35,096 nucleotides of DNA from an uncultured Planctomycetia bacterium. Lineage in GTDB: Bacteria; Omnitrophota; Gorgyraeia; Gorgyraeales; Gorgyraeaceae. The first letter of the stretch is position 1. Every line of letters begins with the position of its first letter. The translations under genes and the position numbers were made by a program. The DNA is taken from NCBI GenBank assembly GCA_964637815.1, contig CAZWYD010000004.1:1-35096 (forward strand), read 5' to 3'. Shown here in pieces: positions 7,717-16,153 of the stretch. Below the pieces are notes generated by a model. The model saw only the letters and a list, made by a program, of their open reading frames with translations. It ran no database searches and was not told where the DNA came from.

Positions 7717-8390
7717 TTTACTCCTAAAAATTTATGTATCTGTGGGATTATCCTGACATTAGGAAGCTTCTCCCTTGCACTTTCAAAGAAAATCGGCAAC
7801 AGATCTATTTTTTCCAATCCGCCATTACGGCTTGCTGGCTGGAGGATAAAAGGTATTTTCTTATTTACTTTTTCAACTATAGACGCAGCTGTATTGATAT
7901 CTGACAGAAGTGTCTGAGACGTAACTACTGCTTTCACAAATGTCTCCTTCTTGGCCGCTTCCTTTAAAAAAATAAAATGCTCATCCCAGTATTGTCTTAG
8001 GCCGGTTGAAGAAGGAAGCTTGAAATCCATACTTATTATATCCACATACTTCAATATCTTTAAAAGCCCGGCTGTCAATATACCGTTTGTCTCAAGGTAT
8101 ATCCTCCGGCCCTCTTTTTTTAAAGTTGGGAGCACTTCCCTTAAGAAATCTGCCTGTAACAGTGGCTCACCACCTGTAAGAGAGATGTTTCTCTTGCCAG
8201 ATATTACGATCTCCTTTATTAGATCAGAAGCCTCGTATTCTGAAAATTCGTCTTTCTTCTTTTTTTTCTCATCACAGAATCTGCAGGAAATATTACATCC
8301 GTAGAACCTGATAAAGAGTTGTCTTTCTCCAACATAAAGCCCTTCGCCCTGAATAGAAGTAAACATCTCTATGATCCTGGCTTTACTCAT
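7713..8390 (-). CDS. queE: 7-carboxy-7-deazaguanine synthase (radical SAM)
   Basis: SIQGEG, RFYGCNISCRFCD, TGGEPLLQ, ETNG, PQIHK; adjacent to queC. Confidence 0.9.
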   Translation of the reverse strand: MSKARIIEMFTSIQGEGLYVGERQLFIRFYGCNISCRFCDEKKKKKDEFSEYEASDLIKEIVISGKRNISLTGGEPLLQADFLREVLPTLKKEGRRIYLETNGILTAGLLKILKYVDIISMDFKLPSSTGLRQYWDEHFIFLKEAAKKETFVKAVVTSQTLLSDINTAASIVEKVNKKIPFILQPASRNGGLEKIDLLPIFFESAREKLPNVRIIPQIHKFLGVK

Positions 8391-8995
8391 GATTTAAACC
8401 CCTTTGCTCTTAGCCTGCAGGCATCGCACCTGAGGCACGGTTTTCTCTCGCCCTTGTAGCATGACCATGTAAGTTCAAAAGGTACGCCAAGTCTCTCCCC
8501 CATAGAGACTATCTCTTTCTTTGTCTTATAAAGAAGTGGCGTTTCTATTTTTATTCCCCTGGACCTTGTTGCCTTTTTTACCAGCTCATTGAATTTCTTA
8601 AAATAGAGCGGCCTACAGTCAGGGTAACCTGAAAAATCCCTTGCATTTGCGCCAATAAAAATAGCCTTTGCGCCTATTGCCTCTGCGAATGAGAGCGCAA
8701 AACTAATAAAGATTGTATTCCTGGCAGCAACATATGTAAGAGGTACGCCTCTCGACTTTCTATTTTCAGGAACGTGAATCTTTCTATCTAAAAGAGCACT
8801 ATTTTTCCACGGCAATTTTATTTTTAATACAAAATAATCTGACTTTGCTAATCTTTTAGCAAAACCTATCTCTTTCTTGTGCCTCTGTCCGTAATCAAAA
8901 ATGAGAGAGTAGACCTTGTATCCCTTTTTCCTTGCAATGTAAAGAGCAACAGCTGAATCCATTCCACCTGAGAGTAATATTACTGCCTTTTTCAT
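8387..8995 (-). CDS. queC: 7-cyano-7-deazaguanine synthase
   Basis: LSGGMDS, YGQRH, YPDCR, TWSCY and CxxCxxC motifs. Confidence 0.95.
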   Translation of the reverse strand: MKKAVILLSGGMDSAVALYIARKKGYKVYSLIFDYGQRHKKEIGFAKRLAKSDYFVLKIKLPWKNSALLDRKIHVPENRKSRGVPLTYVAARNTIFISFALSFAEAIGAKAIFIGANARDFSGYPDCRPLYFKKFNELVKKATRSRGIKIETPLLYKTKKEIVSMGERLGVPFELTWSCYKGERKPCLRCDACRLRAKGFKS

Positions 8996-9867
8996 GCGCG
9001 AGGATGCACCTTTTCATAGATAGACTTTAAACGCTCTGTTGTAACGTGCGTATATATCTGCGTAGAGGATAGATTCGCATGGCCTAAAAGCTCCTGCACA
9101 GACCTTAGATCCGCGCCCCTATCCAAAAGATGCGTTGCAAAAGAATGTCTCAAGGAATGCGGTGATATCTTTTCGCTGAGACTTGTCTTGCGTATGTATT
9201 TATCTATCACGCGTCTCACTGCTCTATCGCTCATGCGGCGTCCGCTCTTATTGACAAAGACTGCTTTTTTATCCTTTATACTAGAACTGCCAAGCTTTTC
9301 CAGATAATTTCGCATTGCCTTTAATGCCCTGTCGCCCACTGGAGCGAGCCGCTCTTTCTTGCCCTTGCCATATACTTTTAAAACGCCGCTTATAAAATCC
9401 ACCCTGTCTCTATTAAGACTTACGAGCTCGCTCACGCGTATTCCGCTGGAGTAAAGTGTCTCAAGTATTGCCCTGTCCCTCACCCCATACACATCAGACA
9501 TATCAGGTGATTCAATTAACTTTACCACCTGGTCTGCGTCTAAAAAAATCGGAAGCCTTTTTTCCAGCTTCGGCGTCTGCAAGCCTGCGGCAGGATTTGC
9601 CTTGATATAACCTTCCCTGCACAGGAATCTAAAAAAACTCCTCAAGCACGCCATCTTCCTGGCAACAGAACGTTTTGAAAAACTCTTCTCCTTCATGCGC
9701 GCCAAAAAAAGCCTCACATCCACATGCGAGATCTTTTCTAACGCCTTTTCCTTGATCGATCCGTCAAACTCCTTGAGGTCTATTTGATAATTCGTAATGG
9801 TATGCTGCGAGGCATTCTTCTCGATCTTTAAATAGGTCATGAACTTCTGGATATACCGCTCTAGCAT
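8992..9867 (-). CDS. xerC: Tyrosine recombinase XerC
   Basis: RDRAILETLYSSGIRVSEL, GKGKKER, HSLRHSFATHLL, LLGHANLSSTQIYTH; in the conserved dprA-topA-xerC context. Confidence 0.9.
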   Translation of the reverse strand: MLERYIQKFMTYLKIEKNASQHTITNYQIDLKEFDGSIKEKALEKISHVDVRLFLARMKEKSFSKRSVARKMACLRSFFRFLCREGYIKANPAAGLQTPKLEKRLPIFLDADQVVKLIESPDMSDVYGVRDRAILETLYSSGIRVSELVSLNRDRVDFISGVLKVYGKGKKERLAPVGDRALKAMRNYLEKLGSSSIKDKKAVFVNKSGRRMSDRAVRRVIDKYIRKTSLSEKISPHSLRHSFATHLLDRGADLRSVQELLGHANLSSTQIYTHVTTERLKSIYEKVHPRA

Positions 9868-9878
9868 ATTTTTTCATT

Positions 9879-11870
9879 CTACTGCGTAGGCAGCTTGCGC
9901 GTCATAAATCTGCACTTTGGATAGTTCGAGCAGCCATAAAAATGCCGGCCACGTTTAGAGCGCCTTTCAATAAGCCTGCCGCCGCAGCCTGATTCCGGGC
10001 AAGTCACGCTTGTAGGGATCGGTCTTGCGAATCTACAGTTTGGAAAATCAGAACAGCTTAGGAACCTGCCGAGCCTGCCCCATTTTATTACCATTGGCTT
10101 TCCGCATTTTTCACAGACTTCAGATGTAGGAACAGATTCACCCTTGACCTTTCTCATATTTACCTTCGCATACGCAAGATCTTTCTCAAAAGGCCCGTAA
10201 AAATCCTTCATGATCTCTAGTTTCTGCTTCTTGCCTTCCTCGACTTCATCCAGCTCTTCTTCCATCTTTGCTGTAAATTTATACTCCAGGACATCTGCAA
10301 AATTCTTCATTAAAAGATCGTTCACCACCATGCCTAATTCAGATGGATGAAAATATCCCTCTTTTCGTTTTATGTAATTCCTGGCAACTATTGTATAGAG
10401 AATAGGCGCGTAAGTGCTTGGTCTTCCTATACCATACTCTTCCAGCGCCTTTACCAGGGACGCGTCTGAAAATCTCGCCGGAGGCTTTGTAAAATGTTGA
10501 CTGGGGTTTAGTTTTATAAGAATAAGTTTTTCGCCTGACTCTAAAGCCGGCAAGATCTTCTCTCCCTTATTATCTTCTTTTTCCTCTGTCACTTCATAGA
10601 CAACGCTAAAACCGGAAAATATCTTCTGCGACCCCTGTGCCTTAAAGATGCAGCGGCCTGCTTTTATCTCCACGCTCATCACTGAAAATATCGCTGGAGA
10701 CATCTGGCTGGATACAAAACGATTCCATATAAGCGTGTAAAGTTTATATTGATCCTGACTCAAGTAACTCTTTACGCTCTCTGGCTCGCGTAATGGCAAT
10801 GTCGGCCTTATGGCCTCGTGCGCCTCTTGCGCGCCCTTCTTTGATTTGAATTTATTAGATACGGCAGGCGCATAGTCCTTACCGTATTTTTTAGTGATAT
10901 AATTTTTTGCAGCTTCTGTGGATTCCTTTGATAATCTTACAGCATCAGTTCGCATATATGTGATAAGACCTTCGTTGTCTTCCTCGCCTACATTAAGGCC
11001 TTCATAAAGCTGCTGCGCGATACTCATAGTCTTTGACGCGGAGAAACGTAATTTATGAAACGCGTCCTGCTGGAGTTTTGAGGTAGTAAAAGGCGCCTGA
11101 GCATATTTTTTCTTCTGCTTTTTCTGTACATCTGAGACGATAAAATCCGCTTTCTTTAACTCAGCGACTATTTTTTCTGCTTCGGGTTGTTTTGTAAGCT
11201 TTATCTTTTTTCCATCTACCTTGTCAAGCTTTGCAGTAAAACGCCTAATATCCTGATCTCCTGATCCCCTAATACCCTTTTCTAATTCCGCCTCAACATC
11301 CCAATACTCTTGTGGTATAAAGGCTCTTATCTCATTTTCCCTTTCAACGATCATCCTTACAGCCACTGACTGCACTCTTCCTGCTGAAAGCCCTCTCCCA
11401 ACTTTTCTCCAGAGAAGAGGGCTGATGCTGTATCCGACAAGCCTGTCTAACATCCTTCTTGCCTGCTGCGCCTCGACTTTATCAATGTCGATCTTCCCAG
11501 GATGTTTGAACGCTTCCTTGATAGCGTCCTTTGTGATCTCGTGAAACGCTATCCTGTATATATTTTTCTTTTTCCCAAAAAGGTTATAAAGATGCCAGCT
11601 TATGGCCTCGCCCTCTCTATCAGGATCAGTTGCGAGAAATATCTTTTCCATGCCTTTTGCTTCCTTTTTCAAGGCAGCCGCCTGCTTTTTCTTCCTGGGT
11701 ATCGTGACATACTGGGCCTTGAAATCATCCTCCACATCTATGCCCATCTTAGAGCCTGGCAGATCCACGATGTGGCCCATTGAAGAACGCACTACATAGT
11801 CCTTGCCCAGTATCTTATTTATGGTATTTGCTTTTGCAGGTGATTCAACTATCACAAGTGATTTAGGCAT
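9879..11870 (-). CDS. topA: DNA topoisomerase I
   Basis: IVESPAK, ATDPDREGE, SAGRVQS, ITYMRTD, AHEAIRPT and two C-terminal Zn ribbons. Confidence 0.97.
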   Translation of the reverse strand: MPKSLVIVESPAKANTINKILGKDYVVRSSMGHIVDLPGSKMGIDVEDDFKAQYVTIPRKKKQAAALKKEAKGMEKIFLATDPDREGEAISWHLYNLFGKKKNIYRIAFHEITKDAIKEAFKHPGKIDIDKVEAQQARRMLDRLVGYSISPLLWRKVGRGLSAGRVQSVAVRMIVERENEIRAFIPQEYWDVEAELEKGIRGSGDQDIRRFTAKLDKVDGKKIKLTKQPEAEKIVAELKKADFIVSDVQKKQKKKYAQAPFTTSKLQQDAFHKLRFSASKTMSIAQQLYEGLNVGEEDNEGLITYMRTDAVRLSKESTEAAKNYITKKYGKDYAPAVSNKFKSKKGAQEAHEAIRPTLPLREPESVKSYLSQDQYKLYTLIWNRFVSSQMSPAIFSVMSVEIKAGRCIFKAQGSQKIFSGFSVVYEVTEEKEDNKGEKILPALESGEKLILIKLNPSQHFTKPPARFSDASLVKALEEYGIGRPSTYAPILYTIVARNYIKRKEGYFHPSELGMVVNDLLMKNFADVLEYKFTAKMEEELDEVEEGKKQKLEIMKDFYGPFEKDLAYAKVNMRKVKGESVPTSEVCEKCGKPMVIKWGRLGRFLSCSDFPNCRFARPIPTSVTCPESGCGGRLIERRSKRGRHFYGCSNYPKCRFMTRKLPTQ
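11243..11278. repeat. Degenerate 8-nt tandem repeat inside topA
   Basis: GCCTAATA-TCCTGATC-TCCTGATC-CCCTAATA-CCCT, encoding GIRGSGDQDIR. Confidence 0.6.
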
Positions 11871-12971
11871 TTAGTTCTCCTTTACAAAATTCTTTCCTGG
11901 CAGCTGTCTTGCGAGCTTCTTCATCTCGAGATTCAACAAAATACTCGAGATCTCGCTCACTTTCAGCTTGAGCGCTCCAGACAGCTCATCTATGTGCTGA
12001 GGTTCGCTAGATAAAAGATTATACACCAAACTCTCCCATTTGTCCAATCTAGGAGATAAATATTCTTTATTATTATATATACCCATCCGACCTACGCGGT
12101 CGGATAGGTTCAATTCCTCGAGGATGTCTTCTACGGTTTCAGCGAGTTTTGCGCCTTGTTTGATCAGCTTATTTGTGCCTTTTGAGGTAGTTGAATCCAC
12201 TTTGCCTGGCACAGCAAAGACCTCTCTTCCTTCTTGCAGCGCGCAATCAGCTGTAATGAGCGCACCGCTACGCTGGGCTGCCTCTACTACAACCACTCCC
12301 TTGGAAAGACCATTTATGATCCTGTTCCTCTTTGGAAAATGCCCCTTGTCAGGTATTGTAAGCATTGGGAATTCTGAGATCACAGCGCCATTTTCTGAGA
12401 TCTCTTCTGCGAGGAGCCTGTGTTCTTCAGGATATATATTTATAAGGCCTGACCCTAAGATCGCGAGTGTACGACCCTTTGCCTTTAAAACACCTTTATG
12501 CGAACTTGAATCAATACCTCTTGCCAGGCCTGAAACTACAGTAATGCCTCTCGCGGCCAACTCGAACCCAAGCCTTTCAGCGGTTTTCATGCCATAAAAA
12601 GATGCTCTACGCGACCCAACTATTGCTACTGCCAGATCATCCTCAGGAATAATCTGGCCCATCACATACAATACCACTGGCGGGTCATAGATATTTTTAA
12701 GGTTTAGAGGATAATCCTTATCTAATATAGTTATGATCTTTACCTTATTCTTCTTGATTAGTTCCAGCTCATTAGATACATCTATCTCCCGTATCCCATG
12801 CCATATCTTAGGCGCGATCTTAGGACCTACACCTTCTGCTTGCTCAAGATCCCTTTGCTTAGCCTTAAAGATCTTCTGTAACGACCCAAAACGCTCCAAA
12901 AGCGCCTGCGTCCTAACACTCCCCAGGTCCTCGATCATGTTAAGGATAAGGAATCTTTCGATATTATTCAT
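11871..12971 (-). CDS. dprA: DNA-processing protein DprA
   Basis: AIVGSR, VSGLARGID, FPKRNRII, SGALITA, GREVFAVPG, LIKQGA and a C-terminal winged helix. Confidence 0.96.
   Translation of the reverse strand: MNNIERFLILNMIEDLGSVRTQALLERFGSLQKIFKAKQRDLEQAEGVGPKIAPKIWHGIREIDVSNELELIKKNKVKIITILDKDYPLNLKNIYDPPVVLYVMGQIIPEDDLAVAIVGSRRASFYGMKTAERLGFELAARGITVVSGLARGIDSSSHKGVLKAKGRTLAILGSGLINIYPEEHRLLAEEISENGAVISEFPMLTIPDKGHFPKRNRIINGLSKGVVVVEAAQRSGALITADCALQEGREVFAVPGKVDSTTSKGTNKLIKQGAKLAETVEDILEELNLSDRVGRMGIYNNKEYLSPRLDKWESLVYNLLSSEPQHIDELSGALKLKVSEISSILLNLEMKKLARQLPGKNFVKEN
12085..12108. repeat. Half copy of the 6832-6883 palindrome, in frame in the dprA linker
   Basis: ATCCGACCTACGCGGTCGGATAGG, 22/24 identical to 6860-6883. 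Confidence 0.8.
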
Positions 12972-13204
12972 ATTTCTGAATACCTTGACGCATACCTATC
13001 TAGTACCTCGCGTATCATCTTCTGGTATTTTAGATGATGATGCTTGGCCTGATACTTGAAGAATTCCACAGTTGATTTGTCTAAAGATATAGTGATTTTT
13101 ACGGTCCTTTTCGGAAACACTAATTCCTCAGGTGGCGGTAAAAAATCTTTTATCCTAGTCAACTTGCCAATCGGTGCATCTGGATCAATTTTTCTCTTCT
13201 TCAT
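12968..13204 (-). CDS. BrnA/CopG-like antitoxin
   Basis: DFLPPPEEL, KITISLD and KYQKMIREVLDRY ribbon-helix-helix pattern; downstream of a BrnT toxin; ATGA overlap with dprA. Confidence 0.85.
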   Translation of the reverse strand: MKKRKIDPDAPIGKLTRIKDFLPPPEELVFPKRTVKITISLDKSTVEFFKYQAKHHHLKYQKMIREVLDRYASRYSEI

Positions 13205-13469
13205 AAAGCCTCACTCCTTTCCTCCAATAACCAGCCCCAATAATTCTGATTTTATCATAACGATATGTAAATCTTACGGTCAATACCTTATCTCCTACTT
13301 TTCCTACACAGAAAAATCTCTCCTCCCCACTGCTATGTTTTGTATCCACATAAATCCTTCTACCAGGATCATTAAACACAAATGTAGCTGTAACAAAATC
13401 AACACCATGCTTAAAAATATTTCCCAATTCTTTCTTCTTATCCCAAATAAAACTAAGTTCTCTCTCCAT
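13185..13469 (-). CDS. BrnT family toxin
   Basis: FIWDKKKELGNIFKHGVDF, HSSGEERF, IRIIGA. Start moved to MERELS (13469) because the annotated TTG is the -35 box. Confidence 0.88.
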   Translation of the reverse strand: MERELSFIWDKKKELGNIFKHGVDFVTATFVFNDPGRRIYVDTKHSSGEERFFCVGKVGDKVLTVRFTYRYDKIRIIGAGYWRKGVRLYEEEKN

Positions 13470-13473
13470 AATA

Positions 13474-13528
13474 ACTATACCATAGATATGGCTATTTGTC
13501 AATATAATTATATGTATAATTATACATA
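13474..13528 (-). promoter_or_regulatory. sigma70 promoter of brnTA with upstream palindromic operator-like sites
   Basis: TTGACA(13502-13497)-N17-TATAGT just before the ATG (leaderless-like); two TATAATTATA palindromes at about 13503-13524. Confidence 0.7.
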
Positions 13529-13550
13529 CTCAGCAAATCTTCTCTCTGTC

Positions 13551-13614
13551 TATATATAAGACACATCAAGTGCCCTATTTTCTTTCAAATATTTTTAGGA
13601 AGGTTTACTACAGA
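13551..13614 (-). repeat. Direct repeat containing TGAAAG-N17-GTGTCTTAT (copy nearest dprA)
   Basis: Nearly identical to 16154-16226, including the distal GTTTACTACAGA. Confidence 0.85.
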
Positions 13615-13651
13615 CAGGTTCCCGATTGGGCCATTAGACGTTGTTCATGTT

Positions 13652-14317
13652 TTATACTAATCTTCGGGACAAGCGGTGTAATTCTAGATTGGCCAGGGCC
13701 ATGACTTTCTTTTTGACTGCCCTAGAAAAATATTCTTTTTCAGTCTTGGTCAGTTTTTCACCTTTGAGCTTCTTTAAAAATAATTCCTTTTGTTTTGGCG
13801 AGAAAACCTGAGACAACGAATATTCAAGTCCTAATTCTTCTTTCAGGGAGAGCAAATCCTTGAGTTCTGAGCGGACATGATTAAAATAATTATTAAATGT
13901 GAGTTTTAATCTCTGGCTGGACATAACCTGCCCTGCGAGCTTAAAATCCTTATCTTTTTTGAGCTTTTTCAGAAAATTGTTAAATTCTTTTTTGCTCTTA
14001 CTGTTCAAATTTTCATAAAATTTACTACTCCAGGAAAACTTTATACTCAATGTGTTGTAAAGAGCAAGAGACATTACTAATAGTGAATCTAAGCGGAGTT
14101 TATCAGGGCTTTTTTTAAGATATCCTTTGGCGACATTGTAATTAAACAATCCTTTTTCTGCGCTATTAGCCAATACAACAGGAAATCCATTCCAGAGACG
14201 AAGGTCTTTACTTTGGACTACGTCAGCTAATACGGCATTAACATCTAGTTCTTCCTCTGTCTCAAGTAGAGAAAAACCAAGTTTGCTTAACTTTTCTAAA
14301 AGACTCTTATTAACCAT
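13652..14317 (-). CDS. Hypothetical basic protein, partner of the nucleotidyltransferase
   Basis: 221-aa ORF overlapping the upstream gene by 8 nt; Lys-rich helical C-terminus (FSPKQKEL...TKTEKEYFSR). Confidence 0.75.
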   Translation of the reverse strand: MVNKSLLEKLSKLGFSLLETEEELDVNAVLADVVQSKDLRLWNGFPVVLANSAEKGLFNYNVAKGYLKKSPDKLRLDSLLVMSLALYNTLSIKFSWSSKFYENLNSKSKKEFNNFLKKLKKDKDFKLAGQVMSSQRLKLTFNNYFNHVRSELKDLLSLKEELGLEYSLSQVFSPKQKELFLKKLKGEKLTKTEKEYFSRAVKKKVMALANLELHRLSRRLV

Positions 14318-14897
14318 TATTCAACCCTTCTTCCTTGACGATTCTCAAAAAATGTCCCAGGTTTTTATTTACCCTGCCCTCTGATACATCAAAAGATGCT
14401 GTTTCTTTAAAGCGTTTCTGCAATATCTTTAGATCTATGTCTTTTTTCTTCGCCTTGATCAAAGAAAGACAATCTTCTATGTCTATCGCGTCCGACCTAA
14501 ATAACTTAGTTATGATAAGGTCGTAGTAATTAAGCACGCCTAGATAAATATGGCTAAACTCCTTTATTAAAATATGGCTATCCTTATCTAATGGCGATTC
14601 TAATAATTCTGTTGTATGAACAAATTTGCCTCTAAACAAATCAAAAACAAAAGCATCTCCCCTTGCCCATCCTGTACCACTCGCAGATTTATATCCAAGC
14701 TGCTGTAGAGTGCTTATAAGATAGTCATATTCATTTAAATTCGGTACAATCAAATCTATATCTTTAGTAGAAGGTTTTATTCCTAAAAGTGTTAGTGCTG
14801 TGCCACCACAGGCAATAAGATACACCTTTCTCTTAAGAAAGCTATCCCATCCGCTAATCCTATCTAATAAGCCCTGTTTATCTATTCTATATATCAT
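14310..14897 (-). CDS. Nucleotidyltransferase-fold protein (DUF6036/AbiEii-like)
   Basis: CGGTAL...STKDIDL NTase signature and C-terminal LIITKLFR...DIED. Confidence 0.75.
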   Translation of the reverse strand: MIYRIDKQGLLDRISGWDSFLKRKVYLIACGGTALTLLGIKPSTKDIDLIVPNLNEYDYLISTLQQLGYKSASGTGWARGDAFVFDLFRGKFVHTTELLESPLDKDSHILIKEFSHIYLGVLNYYDLIITKLFRSDAIDIEDCLSLIKAKKKDIDLKILQKRFKETASFDVSEGRVNKNLGHFLRIVKEEGLNNG

Positions 14898-14936
14898 ACA
14901 ATTATTTGTATATATTTATACAATTCTCTGTATTAA

Positions 14937-14965
14937 AGTATACAGTATTATCCTTAAGATGTCAA
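14937..14965 (-). promoter_or_regulatory. sigma70 promoter of the nucleotidyltransferase operon
   Basis: TTGACA-N17-TATACT. Confidence 0.75.
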
Positions 14966-14994
14966 GCACTAAAAACAATTTTTAAATTTCTATT

Positions 14995-15219
14995 TCATGC
15001 CTTTCTCTTCCTGAGATAGTCATCGAAATCTACTGCAGACTTTTCATCAAGGCGCAGCTTCTTAAGGTCGATCATGTCTTCTATCATCTCTTCACGCTGT
15101 AGCTGCTCCCGCAGGGCCTTTTCTACGAAAAAACCTTGTTTAAGTCCGTGAGAATGACAAAAATCTTTGATCATGTGAATCAGAGACTTCTCGATTTTTA
15201 TTGAAAATACACCTTTCAT
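14995..15219 (-). CDS. Ribbon-helix-helix antitoxin-like protein (orphan)
   Basis: 74 aa, beta-alpha-alpha N-terminus and acidic tail; GGAGG RBS; TTTACA-N17-TATGCT promoter at 15268-15240. Confidence 0.65.
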   Translation of the reverse strand: MKGVFSIKIEKSLIHMIKDFCHSHGLKQGFFVEKALREQLQREEMIEDMIDLKKLRLDEKSAVDFDDYLRKRKA

Positions 15220-15320
15220 GGTTCATCACCTCCAATACAAGCATACCATGAAAAGTATGTTTTGTAAAGTAAAAGTAAGAAAAAGTATACCTTGACCAAT
15301 ATCCATAATCCGTGTCTTCA

Positions 15321-15373
15321 TATATAAGACACATTTCAAGGCGATTTTCTTTCAAATATTTTGGATTTTTTTA
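15321..15373 (-). repeat. Diverged copy of the dprA-upstream repeat (TGAAAG-N16-GTGTCTTAT)
   Basis: TATATAAGACACATTTCAAGGCGATTTTCTTTCAAATATTTT. Confidence 0.8.
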
Positions 15374-15467
15374 ACCAGACCTCATACTCGAACGTAGTGA
15401 GTAGTACGGAGGGTGAGAGGATACGGACAAATTCTCGAACAAATCTAAGGCAGTTCCAATGAAAAGT

Positions 15468-15525
15468 CCGAGATTCGACCTCGGCTTTCTCTAAAAGCTT
15501 GGTGCCAGGTTTAAACCTGGCCTAC
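15468..15525. repeat. Cluster of short REP-like palindromes
   Basis: CCGAG-ATTCGAC-CTCGG at 15468-15484, and GCCAGGTTTAAACCTGGC followed by CTAC at 15504-15525. Confidence 0.6.
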
Positions 15526-15530
15526 TACTA

Positions 15531-15589
15531 CTAACACTCCCCAAGTCCTCGATCATGTTAAGGATAAGGAATCTTCCGATGTCATTCAT
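15531..15589 (-). pseudogene. dprA: Duplicated 5' fragment of dprA
   Basis: 55/59 nt identical to 12913-12971; encodes MNDIGRFLILNMIEDLGSV versus MNNIERFLILNMIEDLGSV, then runs into a palindrome and stops at 15491. Confidence 0.9.
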
Positions 15590-15848
15590 AATGAGTCCAC
15601 ATGCGGATGATCTTCACTATCTTGTATCGCTTTATCACCTGATAAATAATGCGATGGTGAATGTTTATCCTGCGCGAATAAGCGCCTTTTAAATCGCCTA
15701 CTAATTTTTCAAAAGGAGGATGGGCCTGGAATGGATTATGTTTTAGGATCTCGAGTATGGCCTCGGCCTTTGGCCGCAGGCCTGCCTTAGAAAGTTTCTT
15801 GGCGTCTTTCTGGGCCTGTTTTATATAAACAAGTTTCCACTCTACCAT
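15582..15848 (-). CDS. yoeB: Txe/YoeB family toxin
   Basis: PPFEKLVGDLKGAYSRRINIHHRIIY and C-terminal WTHYE. Confidence 0.92.
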   Translation of the reverse strand: MVEWKLVYIKQAQKDAKKLSKAGLRPKAEAILEILKHNPFQAHPPFEKLVGDLKGAYSRRINIHHRIIYQVIKRYKIVKIIRMWTHYE

Positions 15849-16084
15849 TTTAATTTTTTACTGCACTTCTTAATAGGAGTCTTAAGTCCCTTGCGAACAG
15901 ACTCCCTCATGCCCGGTATCGAAAGTAGATACAGGGTCTCCTGGATCGCGCGCCAATCCTCTTCTGATATAAGGATGGCATTATGCCTTTTGCCTGATAT
16001 CTGAATAGGCTCATGCGACTCAGCTGATCTATCCAGCAGCTTATACAAATTAGCCCTGGCTTCACTAGCAGTAAGACTCGTCAT
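15842..16084 (-). CDS. yefM: Phd/YefM family antitoxin
   Basis: ASEARANLYKLLD, ISEEDWRAIQETLYLLSIPGM. Start set at MTSLT after a G-rich RBS. Confidence 0.92.
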   Translation of the reverse strand: MTSLTASEARANLYKLLDRSAESHEPIQISGKRHNAILISEEDWRAIQETLYLLSIPGMRESVRKGLKTPIKKCSKKLKW

Positions 16085-16108
16085 ATCAATCACCCCCCCT
16101 CTACTTAA

Positions 16109-16137
16109 AGCGTACCACATTACGTACGTAATGTCAA
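16109..16137 (-). promoter_or_regulatory. yefM-yoeB promoter with palindromic operator
   Basis: TTGACA-N17-TACGCT with an 18-bp palindrome ACATTACGTACGTAATGT (16117-16134). Confidence 0.8.
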
Positions 16138-16153
16138 GAGGGGCTTTTCTCCT

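Noticed and set aside
7713-8995. queC-queE as a 7-deazaguanine DNA-modification or QatABCD-type defence locus
   Set aside because: They are canonical queuosine enzymes inside a housekeeping operon, with no dpdA or defence partner genes nearby.
8992-9867. Tyrosine recombinase as an integron or island integrase for the TA cassettes
   Set aside because: It has XerC length and motifs, sits in the conserved dprA-topA-xerC operon and lacks the IntI-specific insertion. The island repeats do not look like attC hairpins.
15140-15355. 71-aa ORF overlapping the orphan antitoxin
   Set aside because: It spans promoter and repeat sequence, its start lies in the TGAAAG box, and it has no protein-like features.
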